NCBI GenBank assembly: GCA_938021205.1
Contig: CALIGI010000048.1
Location: forward strand, 1-63,789
Origin: an uncultured Pseudanabaenaceae cyanobacterium
Lineage (GTDB): Bacteria > Cyanobacteriota > Cyanobacteriia > PCC-9006 > JAAUQQ01
Direction: 5' to 3'
Length of the DNA stretch: 63,789 bases
Shown here: piece after piece, positions 42,858 to 52,872 of the stretch
Numbering within the stretch: position 1 is the first letter of the stretch
Layout: each line of letters begins with the position of its first letter
The notes under the pieces: generated by a model
The model's database searches: none
Seen by the model: the letters and a program-made list of their open reading frames with translations, nothing else
Told to the model about the DNA's origin: nothing
Translations under genes and position numbers: made by a program

Positions 42858-44057
42858 AGCGGTGAGGGGTAAGGAAGCTGGAAGCTATCTCTGTTCAAAG
42901 GCGATGTCTGACTCAGGAGCCTTTGGGATAGCTAGCCCACAATGCGGAGATTCAGGCCGGTGGCATAATGGTGGAATTTCATCCCCGTTCTTGAATGATG
43001 AGCCCTAGGTGACAGGCCTAGAATTTTCCCCAGAGAGAAGGGAAACGGAACGTATAGCCGTTGCCACGTCACTTGGGAGATTCATAGTCTGTCAACGCTA
43101 TCCATGGCAGGTGGTGGTGTGGATAGCAAGCGTCTTAACAAGTGAGGCCGTTGCTATCTAACTAGGCTTTGAGAGGTTTTGCAGTTCCTCTCTCTCCAGG
43201 AAGATAGGCTAGGGGCTTGTTCAGCTCAACCGGGGTGAGGGCAGCTCAAGAATGGCCAAACTCACATGATCTAGAGGATCAAGACAGGAGCTTGGGGAAT
43301 TGGAGAAGTAATCCTGTTGGATAAACAACTAAATTAGCTAGGCATTCTATTTGGGTGAGATGAGTGTTTTAAATCGCAGAGATGAAGAAACCGAAAATGT
43401 CTTAAAAGCATCGTCGCTCCATTGCTGTGGATGGGCGATCGCAGTGGGGCATTTCCGGTTCGGTGTGTGAGGAGCCAAGCAAGGGTTAGCTCTTCTTTAG
43501 AATGCTGGATTGCTAATTAAAAGCCCTCAGAGAATAGCGTTAAATCTGGGGGCTGAGCTGGGTGGATTTTCGACCTGCGATGGGGTTACTTATTCTGAGG
43601 AAATGGCTAGAACGTTATGTCCCCATTTCGGTGAAACTGACTTGAATTTTGACTCAAAATCTGGGCGATGAGCCTAGAGAGGAGAATGTCCCGGTAAATA
43701 TATCTATAGCGGGTTAACGAGATCTACGGATCGTCCGAGAGCAGGAGATGTGGAGGCTGCTGGGTGGGGTCCGTGGTGGTTGGGAAATTCCGTTTGGGTA
43801 TGGTTTTAAAGATGCTTGATTGGAGCGGAAATCGTCTAGGGGGAGAGGCCCCATCAAGGTCTCAATGAGTCTTGGGGATAGGTTAGGGGGGCAAGACTTT
43901 TTCCCCGAGACACAATAGTAGGGGCTTGGGGAGTGACTCAGTTGTCGTTGAATGGTGGCTGGAGTGGCTGGAGTGGCTGGAACTAGTGGGTGGGAGGAAT
44001 TTGGGGGACGGTTGGGGTGGGAGCTGGGAGGTAGAGCGTTTGGGACTAGGACGCTTG

Positions 44058-46703
44058 CTATTTGACTTGGCCACGAAAGCGCACGAAGCCGCTTGCACCG
44101 ATGGGTGTACCGGGAGCGGTTGCGCTAGGGAGGGTTTGGAGGTCGACGACAATGGCTCCGTTGTCGTTATTGCCGCAGTCGCTGAGCTGGGGGTAGAGAG
44201 CGGTGAGGGAGCTGTTTGGGGGGAAATAGTAGCCGCGATCGCCATCAGCTAGATTACTCAGGCTCTGGCTGGTGCCGTTGTGGTTGAGCAGGATGCCATG
44301 GTCGCTGTTGGCAATGCCGTTGGAGTCAGCGGGGAAGCCACTGTTAAAGGCACTGGGATTGAAGATTATGTTTTCTGGGACGCGATCGCAAAACAAGACC
44401 TCGTTGGCTTCTAGCTCTCCGCTGGAGAGGAAGTAGATGGTGTATTCTAGCTCGTCGCCGGGGCGAACCTTGCCGCCGTCGATGCCGCCGATGAGGAAGC
44501 TGCTGGGGGTCGGCCAGTTGGCGGTATCGGGCTGGGGGCCACCGCTGGTGGGAGGGCCTGGAATCTCTTGATTGTTGTCGTCGTAGGGATTGGTTATTTC
44601 ATCGATATAGCTTGATAGGTTATCGCCATTCAGGCTGATGGGTTGGCCGTTAATGGCGGTAATGCGTTTGACCAAGAGGACGTTGGGCTGGCCTATTGCT
44701 TCGAGGATTGTTGTGCTGTCGCTATCGCTGTTGTTGGTTTCGTCGGGGTCGGTCACGTCATTGGGACGCCTGACCGTTCCGGTGTTTGTAATGCTGCCAC
44801 TGGCAGCTGTGGCGGAGACTTGGGTGGTGATGGTGTAAGTGGCGATCGCGCCCTGTTCTAGGTCCAGCGTTGTGCTGATTTGATTGTTGCTGTCGGCTGT
44901 ACCGGTCTCTTCATCACAGCTACCATTGCCTGAGGTGATGGCGCAGCTCCAGGTGGCGTTCGTCAGCTCTGGCGGAAGATTGTCAACAAAAGTTGCTTGG
45001 GCAATATCGCTAGGGCCTTTGTTTTCAATGGTGACGATGTAGGTGAGGGGAGCGCCAGGGGCAACCGTGTCAACATTGTCGGTTTTGAGCAGGACCAAGT
45101 CGGCCTCACGAATGCGAATGGCACTGTCCAAGGTGACTTGATTGGAAGGGTAATAAACCCAAGTATCGATGCCCCGAGTATCGCCAAACTCGCTGCTGAA
45201 GCGATGGGCTCCATTATTGCTGTTGACTCCCGTGAGGGCCGAACGCGGGGTTGGTGAGGTGCCATAGCAACCGTTTGCACCACCGCTTTCATTGCTGGCG
45301 CAAAGGCTATAGTCTGTGCCGGGGCTGGCGGAGATGCGATCGTCGTAGAAGACTTCCGAGGGATCGGGCAGCGGGGAAGTGACAAGGGGAGGGCTGTTGA
45401 GGCGGGTGAGCTTAATGCCGTTGGGGTTGTTCTCGGCATCGACCATGGGGAAATGAGCTTCTCCCGCATAGAAATTAATTTGCGCCCCGTAGCCAGTATC
45501 GCTCGCCGCAACGGAGTTGCCGTTACCATCGAGCCCATCCCAGAGCAGACTATTGCTGCCGATTTCGGATCGACCTAGAAAGGTGCGATCGATGCCATTG
45601 CCAAAAATGCCGTCACCATCGAGATCTAGGGTGATGCTGTAGCTGCTTTCGCTGCTGCTATCAAAGGTGAAATTGCCGCCGAGAGGGTTTGTCCCGGCCT
45701 GACCTTCGGTGCCTTCAATACCCGTGAATTTGAAATTTTGTGGGAGTGGTGGCGACTCAGGCAGGCTGTAGAGCCAAGTGTTACCCGTGGGGGAATTACT
45801 GAAGCCGGGCATGCTGCTATCGGGGGGATTAATAAAAAGCTTGTGGGTCGTGTCTTCTGAGGTATCTGGTAAGTTTGGATTTTGGAAACGAAAGCCACTG
45901 GGCACGTTGCCGGGGTTATTGCCAGCATATTGGAGCGAGCGAAAGATGGGTTGCCCATCGGGGCCTCGATAGCCGCTGTTGTTGGAAAATAAGATAAATC
46001 CAAAGGGATCTAAACCATTAAGGTCTAGAGAGTATTGATAACCTTCTTCGGTGAGAACGGTAAATTCTGAATTGAGCGCGATGTTATTTCGCCCCATGTT
46101 AAAGGCGAAGTAGTTGGCATAGACCCGTCCGTTGCGATCGTTGCCACTGCTGTCTACGACTGTGATGTCCCAAGCAGAGACATAGGGAGCATTACTGGGC
46201 TGATCCCAATTGGATCTGACTGTTCTCGCCGTGGGATTAGTTCCAGGGCTGGCCTGCTCGTCGGGGCTAACAAAATTAATTTCCCAGATGCCACCTTCGC
46301 CATTGTTAATGGCTACCGTGCAGGGTATATAGGTACGATTAATCTCTTGGCTGCGACTAGAAATTAACCCTGCAGTATCGCAAGTACCACTCGTTCCATT
46401 GGGCCGACGGTAATTGATCACACCGTTGTTGATGCCCACTGCACTTGAGGCTAACTCTAGGGTTTCACCGGGTTCTACGTAGACCTTGATGATGGATCTA
46501 CGGAGGATTGCTCCGGCAGAAAGATTGCTGTATTCCAGGTAGGGACGATAGCCGTTGTTACTGATAAGGTCGCGGCTACCTTCGGCTTGCGCATAGGGCG
46601 TATAGAGCAAGATGGGCAAGGCGATCGTGCTACTCCCCACTCTGCCAAACCGATGCATGGCAGAAGCTAGGGACCGATGGATTGCGCTGAAATCAGGCAT
46701 CAC
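44058..46703 (-). CDS. Secreted DUF11-domain protein, 881 aa (candidate tip adhesin 1)
   Basis: Signal peptide ending YAQA; complete DUF11 (ADLVLLKT..PGAPLTYIVTIENKG..DNLP..ITNTG..DPDETNN); C-terminal LLVKRIT..PGDELEYTIYF..CDRVP..GFVRFRGQVK. Confidence 0.82.
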   Translation of the reverse strand: MMPDFSAIHRSLASAMHRFGRVGSSTIALPILLYTPYAQAEGSRDLISNNGYRPYLEYSNLSAGAILRRSIIKVYVEPGETLELASSAVGINNGVINYRRPNGTSGTCDTAGLISSRSQEINRTYIPCTVAINNGEGGIWEINFVSPDEQASPGTNPTARTVRSNWDQPSNAPYVSAWDITVVDSSGNDRNGRVYANYFAFNMGRNNIALNSEFTVLTEEGYQYSLDLNGLDPFGFILFSNNSGYRGPDGQPIFRSLQYAGNNPGNVPSGFRFQNPNLPDTSEDTTHKLFINPPDSSMPGFSNSPTGNTWLYSLPESPPLPQNFKFTGIEGTEGQAGTNPLGGNFTFDSSSESSYSITLDLDGDGIFGNGIDRTFLGRSEIGSNSLLWDGLDGNGNSVAASDTGYGAQINFYAGEAHFPMVDAENNPNGIKLTRLNSPPLVTSPLPDPSEVFYDDRISASPGTDYSLCASNESGGANGCYGTSPTPRSALTGVNSNNGAHRFSSEFGDTRGIDTWVYYPSNQVTLDSAIRIREADLVLLKTDNVDTVAPGAPLTYIVTIENKGPSDIAQATFVDNLPPELTNATWSCAITSGNGSCDEETGTADSNNQISTTLDLEQGAIATYTITTQVSATAASGSITNTGTVRRPNDVTDPDETNNSDSDSTTILEAIGQPNVLLVKRITAINGQPISLNGDNLSSYIDEITNPYDDNNQEIPGPPTSGGPQPDTANWPTPSSFLIGGIDGGKVRPGDELEYTIYFLSSGELEANEVLFCDRVPENIIFNPSAFNSGFPADSNGIANSDHGILLNHNGTSQSLSNLADGDRGYYFPPNSSLTALYPQLSDCGNNDNGAIVVDLQTLPSATAPGTPIGASGFVRFRGQVK

Positions 46704-47052
46704 AGGCTGGGGTAAAGGGACTGACTCAAGAGAGAAGTAAGCAAGATTAGGGTTTAAAATTAACTTATTGTCTCTATGTATAGTAATCCCAACTAGATAT
46801 GTCTGGGAAACATGCGGAGATGGATGTTGGTAATACTAAAGTTTCTCAGAAGATAGCTCTAATGTTGCTCCAGAAAATGGAAGAATATTTTATTTTATAT
46901 AGCTTTCTGCTTCTGTCCGAAGAGATCCGATGGATCGAGAATTTTCTTTGGGAAGCTGTAGATTATGAGATTCTTTTCATCGGATTTATCTCCGAGATGT
47001 GATCGCTTATTTGAGCTCTTCTGAAATTCTTGTCTTTCAGGAATTGGAAAAA

Positions 47053-50000
47053 TTAATAACGAGGATTGAGGATGATTTCTTCATTGTGCTCAATTTGGGG
47101 TTGGATAGTTTCTGGCTGAGGTGTAGGTGCTGGGTTACTGAAGCTTGGGCTGCTTTCTAGAGTAGGCTCAATGGGAATGCTGTTGGCTCGAATGGGTTGA
47201 GCCAAGGGCTCTTGTTCGCCGAAGCCGTTGAAGAGTTCGTTGACTTTCACGGTGAGGCCGAAGTAGGGGCCGCTGTTGGATTGGTCGCCATCGAAGTCGC
47301 GATCGCTGACATTGCCAAACACATAGCCTGCCGACAGTCTCAAATCCGGCGTGACGTAGTAGCCACCCTCTACCACAAAGCCTGTCTCGCTATAGCCGCC
47401 GGTTTGGCCAATCCAGCGACCTTCGCCAAGAATGTCGAAGCTGTCGTGGAAGCGATAGGTGGCACGGAGCTGAGCTAGGCTGGTGGTGCCGCTGCCCACG
47501 AGGTCTCTGGCTAGATAGGACTCACTCTGGCGTAGCGCTAGTTTTCCATACAACTCCCAGCGCCAGTTGGGAGCATAGATCGCTTCGGTGGCGACGACAT
47601 GCTCGCTTGAGCCGGTGCCGCTGCCCAGGAGGGCGGTTTCAGGGATGAGATCGGGGTTGCGGCGATATTCATAGCGCAGTAAGGCATTGAATTTGTCTTC
47701 GTTGATATCGCGATAGGCCAGGCCTAGGCGCACTTCCGTGGTGGGTTCGAAGTTGCGCAGGCCCTGGTTGGCGACGGCGCTGCGGTTGTAGCGGACCAGG
47801 CCGCTGATGGAGGGAGAAAGCTTACCCGTTACGGCGGCGCTAATGTTGTCGCTGGTGCCACCGCTGCTGTTGCTATGTTCGTAGCGAGCGCTGGCCTTGA
47901 TGTCTTCGCTGCCGGTGTAGTCGAAGCCGACGCTGAAGCTATCGCCGCCGTTGATGCCGACGGTGCTGCTGTCGGAGCCGACGGAGACGGGCTGGCGGCT
48001 GCGATCGCCGCTCGCCGTGTTTCCAAAGGCATTGCCCACGACCCGCTCATAGGCAAAGTCCAGGTTGAGGCCATCGGTGACTTCCCAGCGTTGGCGAATG
48101 CCAATGGCCCCTTGACCCCGCATACCATCGAGACCGTTGATGAGGCCATAGCGTCCGGTAACCGTGGTTTCCAGACTTTCGGTTTGGAAGAGGTCGTATT
48201 CACCGGTGATATCTACGGTGGTAAAGCTCTGCCCACTGAATTGACCTCGGGTAAACCAATGCTGGTTGACGCCCAGCTCGATGCCAGGGATGAGTTGGTA
48301 AGCCAACCCTAGCTGAGTGCGATCTGAATAGACGGCATCGCTATTGTTGGAGAGGGTGAACTCATGGAGGGCACTAAACCGCAAACGGTTGTTGAGGGGC
48401 ATGTCGAATCGACTGCGCAGTTGGGAGGAACTGCGATCTCGCTCTGGATTGAGCTGGTCCTTGCGATCGCGGAACACCAGGTCTGTGCTCAGGTTAGCCT
48501 GACCGATGCGCTGCTGAACCCCGGCGGTCACGGTGGTGAGACTGTTGTCCACGGGCTGGCCGGGGAGGGCCTCATTGGTGGCGTTGATTAGGTCACCCAC
48601 GGTGGTAATCGCTCGGGGAGCTACGCCCTTGTTTTTCTCATGGTCGTAACCGACTCGGAGGCTGGTTGTGGGGCCAATGTTGGCGTTGATCTCTGCACCG
48701 TAGCGGGTTTGGCCAGGTACAAAGCTAACGGTGGCGTTGTTGGAAAAGCCGGTGTCAGCATTGCGGATATAAGCGCGTGCTGTGACGTTGTTGAGGATTT
48801 GGCCATCCACTTCGACTCGGTAGGCGCTACCCGAGATGTTGCCCAGGACGAGAGAATCGTTTTCGGCATAGGCATATTCTGCGACGAGGCGACCCTGGCT
48901 ACCTAAGGAGACATAGGCATCGGCTCCGTAGAGGCTAAAGTCTCGACTGCCCTTGTCTTCCCGAATTGCGGTGGCTCCGAGCCAGCTTTCGGTCTGGAGG
49001 CTACGATCAAAATGATAACGACCTCGCAGAGCATAGATGCTGGCATTTTTGCCACTGTCAAACTGGTAGTTGCCGACGATGCGCCGTATCAGGATGCGGC
49101 CATCTGGGGTGGTGCTGGTGCGTAATTGGGCTTCGCTGAACTGGATAGCTCCGCGATCATAGTCGATGTCATAGTCGCGACCTCGCACTAGCTGGGTTCG
49201 TTCGATGACGGTGCCAGGACGCTCTAATTCCTCCAGTTCGATATACACCGATTCGCTCCCGGGCAGGAGCAATCGCTGGCTAAAGAAGTAGAAGCCAGAC
49301 GTACCATCGGGGGCAATGATGTCCCGCTGGAAGCCTTCAACATTGTTGCCATAGAAGCCGGTGAGCTGGAGGTTGCCCAGGCCATAGTTGAGCTTTGCTC
49401 CGTGGAGCTGGCGGCTGGTGGCGCTGAATTCCTGGGAGGCTGTGGCAAATTCTGGAGTACCGTAGTCGCCCCACATGACAAAGTCGGGAGCTGCGCCGGG
49501 TGTTTTGGCGCTGCGCTCGATGCGTACAAAGAAATGGTCGATGGAGGGGGTTAGGTTGTAACGACTGGAGCTGTCACCGTGGATGGGGTAGAGATAGTCG
49601 CTGAATTGATCTTCGGCTTCGTAAAGATTTTCGCCGCGCTCGTCTTCGTTGAGGGGGCGATCGCTGTTATAAGCACCGGTAAAGAGCCATTTGCCGAGGC
49701 TGCCAGTGGCGAAGATTTGCCCCTTGGCATCAATGCCAAAGTCGTCGTTGGCCAGGTCGAATTCCTCGAAGCGATCGTAGAAGTCCAGGCCTTCTTTGCC
49801 CAGGCGTAGGTCGAAGATACCGCTGACAATACTGGGGCGATCGTCAGTATCGATTTGAAGCTGGGTATAGGCTTCTTGGCCCCCGCTGTCGGCGCGGATG
49901 CGCAGCAGGCCTGCTTCTAGGGGAGCTCTGAGTTGTGCCGTAAACTCACCTTCTTTGGCTTGGACTTGGAAGCCAGGCTGGCTGGTGGAATGGTCCTCGC

Positions 50001-51042
50001 CGACAAATGCTCCTTTGCTGGTATGGAGAGTGACGATGGCGCTGTAGTTGGAGCGGTTGCCGCTTTCATCCAGTAGCTGACCATTGACGGTGGCAAGGCT
50101 GCGACCATCCGCAGGAATGCTGGCTTCTAGGGTGTCGATTGCAAGCGAGGATGCCACACCGCGTACGACAACGGTGTTGCTGACTCGCTGAGTTTCGCCA
50201 TTGACTAAGCCCTCGGCGGTGATGGTATTGGGTCCGGCTTTAAGGGAGACGCCATACCAGGTTTTTGTGACGAGGTTTTGGGCTTCGTCCACGCTGGTTC
50301 GCCCTACGGAGTCTTCGCCCACGGCCTGACCGTTGATCTGGAGGGTGACTTGACTGTGGGGAGGGAAACGCAGCACCACTGTGGCAGCAGGGACATCGAG
50401 AAGGCTGTCCGGGGTGGGTGAGATGATTTCTAGATTGCGAGAGGATGCTGCTGGACGAGCGGCGTTGGCCTCAATATTGCTTCTGACATTGCTACCAATA
50501 TTGGCTTCAACTCGATTACTTTTTCCGGCAGGGGAAGCGGATCTTGAAGTAGTCGTGGCAGCGTTGGGCTCAACAAGGGGAAGTCGAGGTTCGGTTTGAA
50601 ATGATGAGAATACCCATTCCTTCTCGGCGGTTTCCCCGGCTTCCGTCGGTGAGAGGTGGCGATCGCGGGAGCCTAGATTTTCGGCAGCTACTGGGGCGTA
50701 GTGGCTGGGAGCTGGGGCAACTTGCCCTGAAGTTGCTTGCCCTGAAGGGTGCGTGACGCTCTGCCAGGCTCGGGGGGCAGGGCTAGAGGCGCGATCGCCC
50801 CCATTGCTCCTTCGGCTCCGAGGCACAGAGGCACTGTTGTCTAGAGCTGGGGAGGCGCGCCGAGCGGATGAGCGACTGCGACCCATATCCTCTCCGGGGA
50901 TACGACCGAGTTGAGCCCAGGCGCTGCTGGGCAGCAAAGCTTGACCCGCCAGAAAGCTGACCAGGCTGAGGCTGAGCCAGGGGAGACTTCGACGGCTGAG
51001 CGATGAGATGTTTCCCTGTAGATGCAACTGAGGATGAGGCAT
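47053..51042 (-). CDS. Large outer-membrane beta-barrel protein with N-terminal Ig-like domains (candidate usher/translocon)
   Basis: Signal peptide ending SAWA; disordered region; Ig/invasin-like IPADGRSLATVNGQLLD; ~870 aa of alternating amphipathic G/Y/F-rich strands. Confidence 0.78.
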   Translation of the reverse strand: MPHPQLHLQGNISSLSRRSLPWLSLSLVSFLAGQALLPSSAWAQLGRIPGEDMGRSRSSARRASPALDNSASVPRSRRSNGGDRASSPAPRAWQSVTHPSGQATSGQVAPAPSHYAPVAAENLGSRDRHLSPTEAGETAEKEWVFSSFQTEPRLPLVEPNAATTTSRSASPAGKSNRVEANIGSNVRSNIEANAARPAASSRNLEIISPTPDSLLDVPAATVVLRFPPHSQVTLQINGQAVGEDSVGRTSVDEAQNLVTKTWYGVSLKAGPNTITAEGLVNGETQRVSNTVVVRGVASSLAIDTLEASIPADGRSLATVNGQLLDESGNRSNYSAIVTLHTSKGAFVGEDHSTSQPGFQVQAKEGEFTAQLRAPLEAGLLRIRADSGGQEAYTQLQIDTDDRPSIVSGIFDLRLGKEGLDFYDRFEEFDLANDDFGIDAKGQIFATGSLGKWLFTGAYNSDRPLNEDERGENLYEAEDQFSDYLYPIHGDSSSRYNLTPSIDHFFVRIERSAKTPGAAPDFVMWGDYGTPEFATASQEFSATSRQLHGAKLNYGLGNLQLTGFYGNNVEGFQRDIIAPDGTSGFYFFSQRLLLPGSESVYIELEELERPGTVIERTQLVRGRDYDIDYDRGAIQFSEAQLRTSTTPDGRILIRRIVGNYQFDSGKNASIYALRGRYHFDRSLQTESWLGATAIREDKGSRDFSLYGADAYVSLGSQGRLVAEYAYAENDSLVLGNISGSAYRVEVDGQILNNVTARAYIRNADTGFSNNATVSFVPGQTRYGAEINANIGPTTSLRVGYDHEKNKGVAPRAITTVGDLINATNEALPGQPVDNSLTTVTAGVQQRIGQANLSTDLVFRDRKDQLNPERDRSSSQLRSRFDMPLNNRLRFSALHEFTLSNNSDAVYSDRTQLGLAYQLIPGIELGVNQHWFTRGQFSGQSFTTVDITGEYDLFQTESLETTVTGRYGLINGLDGMRGQGAIGIRQRWEVTDGLNLDFAYERVVGNAFGNTASGDRSRQPVSVGSDSSTVGINGGDSFSVGFDYTGSEDIKASARYEHSNSSGGTSDNISAAVTGKLSPSISGLVRYNRSAVANQGLRNFEPTTEVRLGLAYRDINEDKFNALLRYEYRRNPDLIPETALLGSGTGSSEHVVATEAIYAPNWRWELYGKLALRQSESYLARDLVGSGTTSLAQLRATYRFHDSFDILGEGRWIGQTGGYSETGFVVEGGYYVTPDLRLSAGYVFGNVSDRDFDGDQSNSGPYFGLTVKVNELFNGFGEQEPLAQPIRANSIPIEPTLESSPSFSNPAPTPQPETIQPQIEHNEEIILNPRY

Positions 51043-52730
51043 TACTGAACCTCCTGGGTGCGAAGTAGTGCGTTATCTGCCGAGTCGTCTGTGGGGCGAC
51101 TTCTGCCCTGGGGAGGCTGAACCAAGTTGTCCAACGAATGGCTGCGCCCCATGCCTGTGCTGACCGGAGTGACTGCGAAATTCATCCGGGCCAGGCCACT
51201 GGGCTCTAGCCTTACCAGGCGGGAGTCGCTGTTGAACTCGCGGCGGTAGTGATTGGGCGCGAAGTCGTAGCCGGGAACGCTGGACAGATCCAGGACCCCG
51301 CTGTGATAGCCGGGCTGGACGTTGGCGACGGAGAAGAGACCAGCCTCATCGGTGACGATGCGGTTGCCGTCCTGGAGGAAGATCACGGCGTTGGCTAGGC
51401 CGGGTTCATCCCGCTGTTGCTCGCCGTCGAAGTTTTTGTCATGGAAGACGCGACCAATGAGTACGCCATAGTTCGTGAGAATACCGGGGCGGATTTGGAG
51501 GTTGTGAATGGCGGGGCCATCTTTGAGCGGGAGGTCGTTGTCGGTGCGCCTGCCATCGACGATGGCGCTGTTGCGACCGGAGCCCCGCAGTGCATCAGGG
51601 GTCACCTGGGCGGCGTAAATCACATTCAGGATTTCCTGGGGAGGCAAGCTGGCCAAGGTGGTGAGGGTAGCGAGGCGGCCATTATCGCTGGTTGTAATTA
51701 CAATTTCTTGGTCACCGATCATGGCGCGAACGGTGCGATTGAGTAGTTTTAGACCTCGGGGGAGGCGATCGCTAAAACTCAATCCATCAATGGCTACGTC
51801 GGACTGGTTCCGCACGGCCAAGCGATACAGCACCACATCCCCAGGACTGGCCGTAGCTCGATCCGCTGTCTTGGAAATGGAGATTTGGTTCGGTTCGCAC
51901 AGCACGGTTTCGAGCTGGAGCGAGAGCAAATTCAAGCCGATTTGCTCCGCATTGGGCACCAGCACCACACTCTGGCTCACTTGGGTGCCTCCATCGGCGC
52001 TAATGGGTTGCCCATCCAGGGAGGTCGCGCGGTAACTCAGGAGGTTGCTGGCACCACTGTCTGTGATTTCTAACCTGATGCGTCGCTCCAGGAAATTGCC
52101 ATTGTCCGGGGGGCTAATTAAGAGGATGTAAGTGCGCCCTACATTCGTCTGCCCCAGGTTGGGGTCAAACAGGAAGTTGTAGCGACCTTCGCTGCTGTTG
52201 CTCAGTTGAAAGGGATTGCGGTTGGTGCTGTTGGGAGCCAAACCGCCAAAAATGCCGTTGTTGGCAATGTCGGGCAGCTCGGTTGTCGTCAAGCTCAGCA
52301 AGCTGCCCAGCTCGGTTCCAGTGGGGTCACTGGGATCGGGCTCATAGAGAGCCACGGAGAAGCCGCTGTAATCGCTTAAGGGTTGCCCGCCGCAGCCCAG
52401 GATGCGTCCTAGGGGATCAATCAGTGGATCGGGAGATAGCTCAAGGGTGTTTGTTGTACCGCTGTAGGTTTCTCCCTGGGCGGGGTCCGAATAGCGGTAT
52501 TGGGCTTCATTGGTGAATTTTAGGGGGCCTCTGCTGTTGCCCGATGGCCCCGATGGTATGGACTGTGCCCAAGCTGGGCTGGGCTGAACGAGAACTGGTG
52601 CGGTGATGGCGCTGGCAATGCAGCACCACAGGAAGCCTTGGCCCCATGCCTGATGGCTACGCTGACGTTTGGCCTTGCCCTGCTGTGGACGGAGACCGGA
52701 GGGTAGAAATGGAGGGAAAGCAGTTTTCAC
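51042..52730 (-). CDS. Secreted DUF11 plus SdrD-B-like domain protein, 562 aa (candidate base/anchor subunit)
   Basis: Signal peptide ending PAWA; FTNEAQYRY hairpin; complete DUF11 (ISKTAD..PGDVVLYRL..SDRLP..GRNSA); GRVFHDKNFDGEQQRDEPGL..TDEAGLFS; TAATG overlap with the barrel gene. Confidence 0.82.
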   Translation of the reverse strand: MKTAFPPFLPSGLRPQQGKAKRQRSHQAWGQGFLWCCIASAITAPVLVQPSPAWAQSIPSGPSGNSRGPLKFTNEAQYRYSDPAQGETYSGTTNTLELSPDPLIDPLGRILGCGGQPLSDYSGFSVALYEPDPSDPTGTELGSLLSLTTTELPDIANNGIFGGLAPNSTNRNPFQLSNSSEGRYNFLFDPNLGQTNVGRTYILLISPPDNGNFLERRIRLEITDSGASNLLSYRATSLDGQPISADGGTQVSQSVVLVPNAEQIGLNLLSLQLETVLCEPNQISISKTADRATASPGDVVLYRLAVRNQSDVAIDGLSFSDRLPRGLKLLNRTVRAMIGDQEIVITTSDNGRLATLTTLASLPPQEILNVIYAAQVTPDALRGSGRNSAIVDGRRTDNDLPLKDGPAIHNLQIRPGILTNYGVLIGRVFHDKNFDGEQQRDEPGLANAVIFLQDGNRIVTDEAGLFSVANVQPGYHSGVLDLSSVPGYDFAPNHYRREFNSDSRLVRLEPSGLARMNFAVTPVSTGMGRSHSLDNLVQPPQGRSRPTDDSADNALLRTQEVQ

Positions 52731-52806
52731 AGCGTACTTCTGTCCGGAGTGATGGGCAGGGAGGCGGCAGGATTAGGGCAAGGTTGACAAAGCGGAGGGG
52801 AGAGTC

Positions 52807-52848
52807 CCAGTAATGGGAAGGGAGCGATCGCTCCCTTCCCATTACTGG
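52807..52848. repeat. Perfect 42-bp palindrome centred on HIP1 (intergenic stem-loop)
   Basis: CCAGTAATGGGAAGGGAGCGA|TCGCTCCCTTCCCATTACTGG. Confidence 0.9.
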
Positions 52849-52872
52849 AGCAAGATGAGCTCAGCTAGTTGG

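Noticed and set aside
46799-47002. 67-aa plus-strand ORF between the barrel and 881-aa genes
   Set aside because: Antisense to the operon in an AT-rich spacer, with no RBS or motif support.
47053-51042. Calling the barrel a TonB-dependent receptor
   Set aside because: No TonB box, plug motif or C-terminal Phe signature seen; the context is secreted Ig proteins rather than uptake genes.
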